IMG/VR virus record: IMGVR_UViG_3300027741_000048
Location: 1-64,000 of that record
Reading direction: 5' to 3' (one strand)
Source: a virus
Length of the DNA: 64,000 nt
The notes beneath the pieces are model-generated. The model ran no database searches. It saw nothing but the letters and a program-made list of their open reading frames with translations, and was not told the origin of the DNA. Positions 58,133-64,000 of the stretch are shown piece by piece; the stretch's first letter is position 1; each line of letters begins with the position of its first letter. Made by a program: the position numbers and the translations under genes.

Positions 58133-59252
58133 TTTCAAGTACCTCGAGATTATCACCGCTTACTTCAGCGCTGTTATATTTATAATCTTCAGCTAGCCGC
58201 TTATCTAGTTCAGGAATAATAAAATCTTCAAAGAAAGATATATCCTTAACAAAATTCTTTGCATAACCAAGTTTATCGCCCTTCTTATATTTACCTGAAT
58301 CCATACCGACAACATAGGTAGAACCGGTTTGTTCGATAATACCACGAGCGGTAGCCATTTGAAGAAGACCACTGTATTTGTTAAGTCCAGACTTAAAAGA
58401 AAGATACATCTCAGCTTCAAGAAAAGGCGGTACAAATCGGTTCTTAACTGTAAGTGCGCGAATAGTAGTACCAGAGTATTTGTTAGCTTCTGCAAGCTTA
58501 GTTGTATTTACTGCACCTGAATCACCTTCACCTTCTTTTTCATTTCTCTTTGCAAGCTGTACAAGAATACTCGCCATATAAACAGGACCTGATCCACCGG
58601 ATTGAGTTTTAACTAAAGACGGAAACATGGCACCAGGATCAGAATATGTATGATTGGTAAAGAGAATCGTTACACCCGCTTTACCTGCCTTATATGTAAG
58701 GGTTCTGAGCATCGATTTAAGTGACTTTGCTCTTAGACCCATATCAGCTGCTGATTTATCCTTAGCAATATCGTCAATTTCCTTTTGTGATGATAGATTA
58801 CCGAGACTGTCAATACTAATAATAAACTTACCCTGCTGACCTGCTTCAATTACACTATCAAGAAATGCTGATATTTGATTACGACATTGATCAACAGTAT
58901 AAACTGGAACATATTTTGTCTTACTAGCATCAAGTCCTACGCCTTTCGTCGATCCTTCGTCAATAGCAAACTCCGTATCGAAGATAACGGGAATAACGTC
59001 TTGCTTCTGAGCGTTAGCAAGAATCTTATTAACAATAAATGTCTTGCCTGTCATTGACTCACCGGAAAATCCTATTATACGCCCCTTCGGTACTCCGCCT
59101 TTTCTACAGCTGCCTCCAAGTATAGCGTTCAGTGCATAGCAGCCTGTATCGTACCAGGTGTCAACGTTAGAAAGAGCGTTGTCATCGAGAAATGAGGCCT
59201 CAGCATTCATTGAATCAAGCTTTTTGAAAATGTTATCAATTTCTTTACTCAT
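58125..59252 (-). CDS. uvsX: RecA-like recombinase UvsX
   Basis: DTGCYALN, GESMTGKT, FDTE, IDSLGNL, ADMG.RA, TNHTY, SGGSG, KNRF. Confidence 0.93.
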   Translation of the reverse strand: MSKEIDNIFKKLDSMNAEASFLDDNALSNVDTWYDTGCYALNAILGGSCRKGGVPKGRIIGFSGESMTGKTFIVNKILANAQKQDVIPVIFDTEFAIDEGSTKGVGLDASKTKYVPVYTVDQCRNQISAFLDSVIEAGQQGKFIISIDSLGNLSSQKEIDDIAKDKSAADMGLRAKSLKSMLRTLTYKAGKAGVTILFTNHTYSDPGAMFPSLVKTQSGGSGPVYMASILVQLAKRNEKEGEGDSGAVNTTKLAEANKYSGTTIRALTVKNRFVPPFLEAEMYLSFKSGLNKYSGLLQMATARGIIEQTGSTYVVGMDSGKYKKGDKLGYAKNFVKDISFFEDFIIPELDKRLAEDYKYNSAEVSGDNLEVLENE

Positions 59253-59289
59253 ATACAAATAGTATCATCTCTTATTCTAAAAAATCAAC

Positions 59290-59318
59290 AAAAAAAAAAA
59301 GCGGGCGCAAGGCCCGCT
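59290..59318 (-). terminator. Rho-independent terminator
   Basis: Minus strand AGCGGGC-CTTGC-GCCCGCT followed by a long T-run, downstream of ORF 59348-59722. Confidence 0.88.
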
Positions 59319-59347
59319 CGAAAAACGCAGATGTTTTTTAATACTTC

Positions 59348-59722
59348 TTAATTATCGTCAAAAAGCTTGACAACGGGAGGCTCGGTGCTTCCTGGTGCTG
59401 CAATCACAGGCTGCTCAGTAAAGAGCTTACTGTACTGCTCGATAAGACGAGCGTCGTTATCAATGTCGACGCCAATTACGACAGTTGCGTAATTATACTT
59501 CCAAACAGTTCCGTTTGCCTTGCTCTTTTCTCCAACGAATTCGCGGAAATAGAGTGGAATAGTCTGGACGTTAAGCTGTCCCTGCTGGGTCGGCTGGACG
59601 TGAATAATTGCTGGGTTCTTTACTGAGAACGTACCGTCGCCGTTGTCACCGAGAAACTCACCGATAACCGTGCGGCCGATATGATCAATAAACGTTGTTA
59701 TGTTGTTTGCTGTTTCGCTCAT
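59348..59722 (-). CDS. Hypothetical protein (small beta-barrel-like) in the replication cluster
   Basis: 124 aa with its own promoter and terminator. Confidence 0.65.
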   Translation of the reverse strand: MSETANNITTFIDHIGRTVIGEFLGDNGDGTFSVKNPAIIHVQPTQQGQLNVQTIPLYFREFVGEKSKANGTVWKYNYATVVIGVDIDNDARLIEQYSKLFTEQPVIAAPGSTEPPVVKLFDDN

Positions 59723-59730
59723 ACGTGAAT

Positions 59731-59759
59731 ATATTAACTATAACTTAACTAAAAATCAA
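59731..59759 (-). promoter_or_regulatory. Sigma70-like promoter (TTGATT-N17-TAATAT)
   Basis: The -10 box ends 8 nt before the ATG at 59722. Confidence 0.55.
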
Positions 59760-62348
59760 CTAGTTCATACCTAAAAGATCGAAAAGATCTATTTGCATGT
59801 CGTTGCCTGGCTTTTTTATCTGCCAATTAACAGCTTCATAAAAACGCTCGATAACAGAGTAGATAATCGTTTCAAACATCTTTTCATAATCGATTTCAAA
59901 AACCGCTTCAAATTCTTTTGGATAGTAGTATTTGTAGCCAACTACTGATAGGCCAAAGCTATTTGGCTTACGTACCTCAATAAATCGTACTTTGTCTCCT
60001 GAGGTAAGTTTCTCATATTTTCTCTCAATACCGAAGCGATCAAGCAGGACGTTGTGGTAGTACGCTGCTTTGACGTGCTTAGGCATGCCCTTGACGGTCT
60101 CGAATCCATTACATTTATTGGCGTACTTTTCGTAGCCTTTTACACCCATGACATACGCAATGTCCTCGATAGGCAGACTCTTAAAGATATCATAGGTCTC
60201 GTTAAAGACCTTGTTAGTCTGATTGTAGTCCTTGGTTAAAAGCATTGTCTCGATAATTTTCTTTACATACGGCTTGATAGGTGCAGGCATGGTTGTACGC
60301 ACTACCTCAACACCTGTGTATTTGAATTTCTTCCCTGGTATGCCTTCTACATCGAGTGTATGTAGAACGTATCGTTTTTTAGCTAAGAAAAGACCTGCAT
60401 TGGCGATTGCTTCTCGTTTAAATACAAGTCTGCAATCTTTCGAACCAAGAGCGCTTCTTCCCCAGCTCGTAATTTCTTTGTTTAGATGCGCTTCAATGTC
60501 TTCAACAGCTTTATAATATTCCGGTGCTACATCGCCGTTTTTATCAAAGATAGGAATCTTTTTCGCTTCAACGAGATGCTTGATAGAGATATAGCTCGAA
60601 TCTGTATCATTGTAGATAATCGGAGAATTTGTTTCAAGATAATCGTCAGACAGTCCTGTATGCTTCTTGATGTAGTCGGTTAATATTCGGTTCGATTCTT
60701 TAATTACCGCTTGTCCTGTTAGTGTAATGGAATTAGCAAGATCATCGTCACCGAGCGGGCTGTGCTTGTTACCAAAATATCCGTACACCGTGTTCATCAA
60801 GATTTTAATAGTGTGTTGACGTATATTAAGACGGTCTATTTCAATCTGTAATGTATGATACTCAGGTGTATTCTCCTGTAACGTTAAGAGTTTTTTCTTC
60901 GCTTTTGTTAGCTGCTTTTTAACTTCGACACGCTTGTTGTAGTAGTAATCAATTGTGTCAGGTATGATTCCTTTCTCCTTCTGCGTGAAGAGAATCTTTG
61001 CTCGAGATATGGCGATCTCCTCTTGCTTCACGAATGCAGCGAATTTCTCATGCGTTAGTGTAAATGTCTGACCGTTTACGTGCTTAATGGTTATATCCTT
61101 ATCCGTCTTATCGGTAATCTTGCCGATTTTCGTCTCAGGAGAGAGATTAAGCGTAATCATTGTATTTGGATATAGACTGTTTGCATCGAGTGAGATGATA
61201 TGCTCTTGAAATCCTCGTTGCGGATCAGCTACGTAAGCACCTTTATTCTTTGTATCGTCTTTTACATCCTTTATAAAAGTTGGAATACGTTTATCCTTTA
61301 AGCGTGCTCGAATTGCGCATAGCCCTGTAATTACAGAAAGCGAGCCAAGAGCTCCCTCGAATGTAGTTAGACCGGCGTATGCTATCATACGTAACAGCTG
61401 TATATACTGTAGCTTTTGTTCTAATCTTACGAGAAGGTTAACGTCCTGGATGTTGTAGTCAACAAATGTCTCCCAGTCGTTATCTGCTAGTTCTGTGAGA
61501 TTCTGATCACCGTAATCAATCTTACGTTCATTCAACTCAATTTCTCCAATCGCATCGAGCTTATACGACTCGCGCAGGGTTTGACAAAACCGTTTATACA
61601 CGTCAAGATAATCGACGCAGGATAAACCCTCTACATACCATTTGACCTGCTCTTTACCGTACTTACCGAGAAACGTTCGTGATCGTAGCGAACCAACCGG
61701 AGATAACTCTTGCATAGCTTCTTCGCCAAGTATTTTCTTTACACGATTTATAACATACGGTACATCAAAGAATTCTGAGTTCCAGCCAGAGAGAATATCG
61801 CAGTAATCTTTCGTAAAGAAATTAAGAAACTTGCGCAGTAGTTCTTCTTCGTTTTTACAAGCAGTGTATATTACGTCATCTGATTTCGTTGTATACGGTT
61901 TAAGTCCCCAGGAGTAGAACTTCTTAACCAATGTATCGTATATAGTTATAATATTAATAGTATCGGTGGGATCTTGCGGGTTCGGAAACGCATCTGGCGA
62001 ATACGTCTCGATATCGATAAAATACACCTTGAGCGGAAACTTAGTGAAATCTGGCTTCTCATTCTCCTGCCAGTATGCGTCAATAAGGAATTGCTGATAG
62101 ACGTTAAAGTTCTCGAAAACACGCGTAACTTTGTTATCTTTGAGATAACGTGATCGATCGTATTGATTCTTAAAGCGCTTCCGCTTTAGCTTAGTATTAA
62201 AGATACTCTGAGCGTCAGCAGCGTTGTTTGTTTCAAGATAAATATATGGTTCGTATGTACTCGGTAACGTAATTCGCTTACCGTTCTCGTCCCACGTATA
62301 TAAATTTATACATTGTTGCTGTGATGAATATGAAACATTTCTATACAC
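59760..62348 (-). CDS. gp43: Family B DNA polymerase (T4 gp43-like)
   Basis: DIET, GWNSEFFD, YNIQDV exonuclease motifs; DANSLYP, KILMNTVYG, YNDTDS, KKRY. GTG start at 62348 fits the promoter. Confidence 0.96.
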   Translation of the reverse strand: MYRNVSYSSQQQCINLYTWDENGKRITLPSTYEPYIYLETNNAADAQSIFNTKLKRKRFKNQYDRSRYLKDNKVTRVFENFNVYQQFLIDAYWQENEKPDFTKFPLKVYFIDIETYSPDAFPNPQDPTDTINIITIYDTLVKKFYSWGLKPYTTKSDDVIYTACKNEEELLRKFLNFFTKDYCDILSGWNSEFFDVPYVINRVKKILGEEAMQELSPVGSLRSRTFLGKYGKEQVKWYVEGLSCVDYLDVYKRFCQTLRESYKLDAIGEIELNERKIDYGDQNLTELADNDWETFVDYNIQDVNLLVRLEQKLQYIQLLRMIAYAGLTTFEGALGSLSVITGLCAIRARLKDKRIPTFIKDVKDDTKNKGAYVADPQRGFQEHIISLDANSLYPNTMITLNLSPETKIGKITDKTDKDITIKHVNGQTFTLTHEKFAAFVKQEEIAISRAKILFTQKEKGIIPDTIDYYYNKRVEVKKQLTKAKKKLLTLQENTPEYHTLQIEIDRLNIRQHTIKILMNTVYGYFGNKHSPLGDDDLANSITLTGQAVIKESNRILTDYIKKHTGLSDDYLETNSPIIYNDTDSSYISIKHLVEAKKIPIFDKNGDVAPEYYKAVEDIEAHLNKEITSWGRSALGSKDCRLVFKREAIANAGLFLAKKRYVLHTLDVEGIPGKKFKYTGVEVVRTTMPAPIKPYVKKIIETMLLTKDYNQTNKVFNETYDIFKSLPIEDIAYVMGVKGYEKYANKCNGFETVKGMPKHVKAAYYHNVLLDRFGIERKYEKLTSGDKVRFIEVRKPNSFGLSVVGYKYYYPKEFEAVFEIDYEKMFETIIYSVIERFYEAVNWQIKKPGNDMQIDLFDLLGMN

Positions 62349-62355
62349 AAAAATT

Positions 62356-62384
62356 AATATAGCGTATACGCTATATCTTATCAA
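62356..62384 (-). promoter_or_regulatory. Sigma70-like promoter (TTGATA-N17-TATATT)
   Basis: The -10 box ends 7 nt before the polymerase GTG. Confidence 0.55.
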
Positions 62385-63625
62385 GATATAATATTATTAA
62401 CAGCGTTGATGAGCTTCCTATCTTTATGACCGTACGGTAATGTATGCAACTCAACGTACTTGTTGATATTATCTTCATTTTCCAACCAACGGCTCTCGGA
62501 TATCTTTCTCATCTTTGTACATATATTCATGTATCTACCCTTTTTCGAGAGAACATCGTCGACGATATCTATCATCTCTTCACCGGTATCAAACTTATAC
62601 GGTGCGTTTTCGTATGTAACAATATTCTGACATGCAATTGGCAGACCATAGCTACATGCCTCGACGAATTTAAGATCAGACTTTGCTTTATTGAAAGTGT
62701 TATTTTGTAAAGGCGCTACCATCATATTAACATTGAGGTTTGCGATTTTTTCAGGGTATCTATAGAGAGTCTCCCATGGGTGGTATTCGAACTCTCTACT
62801 CTGTATAAGATCATGCAATGGAAGAGGATATGCGCCTAAGAATACCCATTGATACTTGTCTTTTGTAGCGCGTATGACTCTATTAACATGCGCAAAATCG
62901 TCGTTTTGACCTACTCTATTATCAACATCAAAATGAGCTCCGGATCCTGCGTAGAGAATTCTTGGCTTCTTCTGATACCTATCATAGTTCTCAGATATTC
63001 TCTTTTCGTTGTAGTAATTACCCATCCAAAATTTCGGTGGGTAGTTTGGTATAACGGTAACATTCTTATTATTTGTCTTGCTCTGGTAATATTCCTTCAT
63101 GAAGTCACATGTTACAGTAATCTCATCACATAACTCCATGATCTCTTGCGCTGTTTTCCTGATTATCGGGTCGGTAAAGGCTGGCTTGAATTTATTATAC
63201 TCAGGGATATCTTCACTGAAGACAAGATCATCAATCTCATAGATAATTCTAAAACCGAGTTCCTGACTTACTTTTTTAAGAAATTTTATAAATTCAAGCT
63301 GATGCGTGGTAGCCTGTCGTTGTATACGAACGCATTTTGCTCCTCTAAAATAGTTAGGATCAAAACACATCATTGTACTACCATGGACAACCTGCTTCTG
63401 ATGAGCGTTAAGTATATGCTCCGGCCAGATCATTCTCCAAAAACCACAGCCACTATAATCTGCATAATAGTTAATTACGCGCTCAAGAGAGAGCTCCGGA
63501 GGCTGCGGAAGAGGTTGCTGCGCCATAATCGGTTGACTACCCGCAGTAGCAAAAGGCGATGGTCCGAACGGTGAGGGAGAGAACGGTGAAACAAAAGGCG
63601 ACGGAAAAAACGGACTTGTAATCAT
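62381..63625 (-). CDS. Glycosyltransferase, GT-B/GT4-like
   Basis: SGCGFWRM, IQRQ, YEIDD, DEITVT, VIPN, YAGSGAH, APLQNNTFNKAKSDLKFVE..GLPIAC. Confidence 0.75.
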   Translation of the reverse strand: MITSPFFPSPFVSPFSPSPFGPSPFATAGSQPIMAQQPLPQPPELSLERVINYYADYSGCGFWRMIWPEHILNAHQKQVVHGSTMMCFDPNYFRGAKCVRIQRQATTHQLEFIKFLKKVSQELGFRIIYEIDDLVFSEDIPEYNKFKPAFTDPIIRKTAQEIMELCDEITVTCDFMKEYYQSKTNNKNVTVIPNYPPKFWMGNYYNEKRISENYDRYQKKPRILYAGSGAHFDVDNRVGQNDDFAHVNRVIRATKDKYQWVFLGAYPLPLHDLIQSREFEYHPWETLYRYPEKIANLNVNMMVAPLQNNTFNKAKSDLKFVEACSYGLPIACQNIVTYENAPYKFDTGEEMIDIVDDVLSKKGRYMNICTKMRKISESRWLENEDNINKYVELHTLPYGHKDRKLINAVNNIIS

Positions 63626-63635
63626 ACTTAGTTAG

Positions 63636-64000
63636 TTATAGTGATGAGTTATTAAAATCAATACGTCTCGTTATACCATTACTCTTTTCAAGATATATAA
63701 CATCACCGGTTGCAGCTTTTACGCTTTCTTTTCTATGACTGATAACCATTATACTTTCATCATACTTATCAACACGCTCTTTCAGAACGTTAATAACCAG
63801 CTCAATACCTCGCGCATCAAGACTTGAATCAAATAGCTCGTCATAGATACTAAAATTAAAACACACATCACCCTGAAGACGTCTCATATCCATAAACGCA
63901 AATAAACACGCTAAGTCAATATTCTTTCTTTCAGCTCCGCTAAAATTAAAGTACGAGCATATCTTACCCTTTACATCAACGATTTCTTCTTCAAAATATT
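63636..64000 (-). CDS. gp46: Recombination nuclease ATPase subunit (T4 gp46/SbcC-like), 3' part
   Basis: The frame is open to the window edge. NFSGAERK (ABC signature), IYDELFDSSLD (Walker B/D-loop), VISH. Confidence 0.9.
   Translation of the reverse strand, partial: YFEEEIVDVKGKICSYFNFSGAERKNIDLACLFAFMDMRRLQGDVCFNFSIYDELFDSSLDARGIELVINVLKERVDKYDESIMVISHRKESVKAATGDVIYLEKSNGITRRIDFNNSSL

Noticed and set aside
298-63574. Numerous 60-195 aa ORFs antisense to or nested in long genes (e.g. 33373-33960, 32593-32979, 63146-63574)
   Set aside because: Shadow ORFs of well-supported genes, with no motifs or promoters.
1-64000. tRNA, rRNA, CRISPR array, DGR or integrase
   Set aside because: Intergenic gaps are nearly all under 100 bp. 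I saw no cloverleaf, repeat-spacer array, reverse transcriptase or recombinase; a tRNAscan/Infernal run would be the formal check.
1-64000. Alternative genetic code (stop-codon reassignment)
   Set aside because: Core genes are full length under the standard code and end in TAA, TAG and TGA.

Overview
64 kb of a large, AT-rich, T4-like (contractile-tailed) bacteriophage genome with very short intergenic spaces. From left to right it holds: (1) large LamG/beta-propeller virion proteins, a chaperone-terminated tail fibre and a Gly-rich adhesin; (2) a compact lysis cassette (probable unimolecular spanin, holin, endolysin), implying a Gram-negative host; (3) small accessory genes; (4) a minus-strand baseplate/tail module (gp6, gp25, gp27-, gp53-, gp26-like, tape measure, tube, sheath, gp3) interrupted by clamp loader, dUTPase and a TerS-like gene; (5) a fractured large terminase carrying an Ala-starting class-3 LAGLIDADG intein and an atypically split, Gln-ending intein; (6) neck gp14; (7) the replication core (primase, clamp, SSB, helicase, UvsX, PolB, gp46), interleaved with QueC, a class-II glutamine amidotransferase and two glycosyltransferases. 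The strongest leads are these. The amidotransferase has no ATG: its catalytic CGIFG N-terminus follows an ATT codon, behind the only strong Shine-Dalgarno I noticed and an 11-codon leader ORF with prfB-like geometry. The QueC/Gat/glycosyltransferase set may be a base-hypermodification pathway. The terminase needs both cis- and trans-splicing. Promoter-to-start spacing suggests near-leaderless translation across the window. All calls are by eye from motifs and gene order; no database searches were run.
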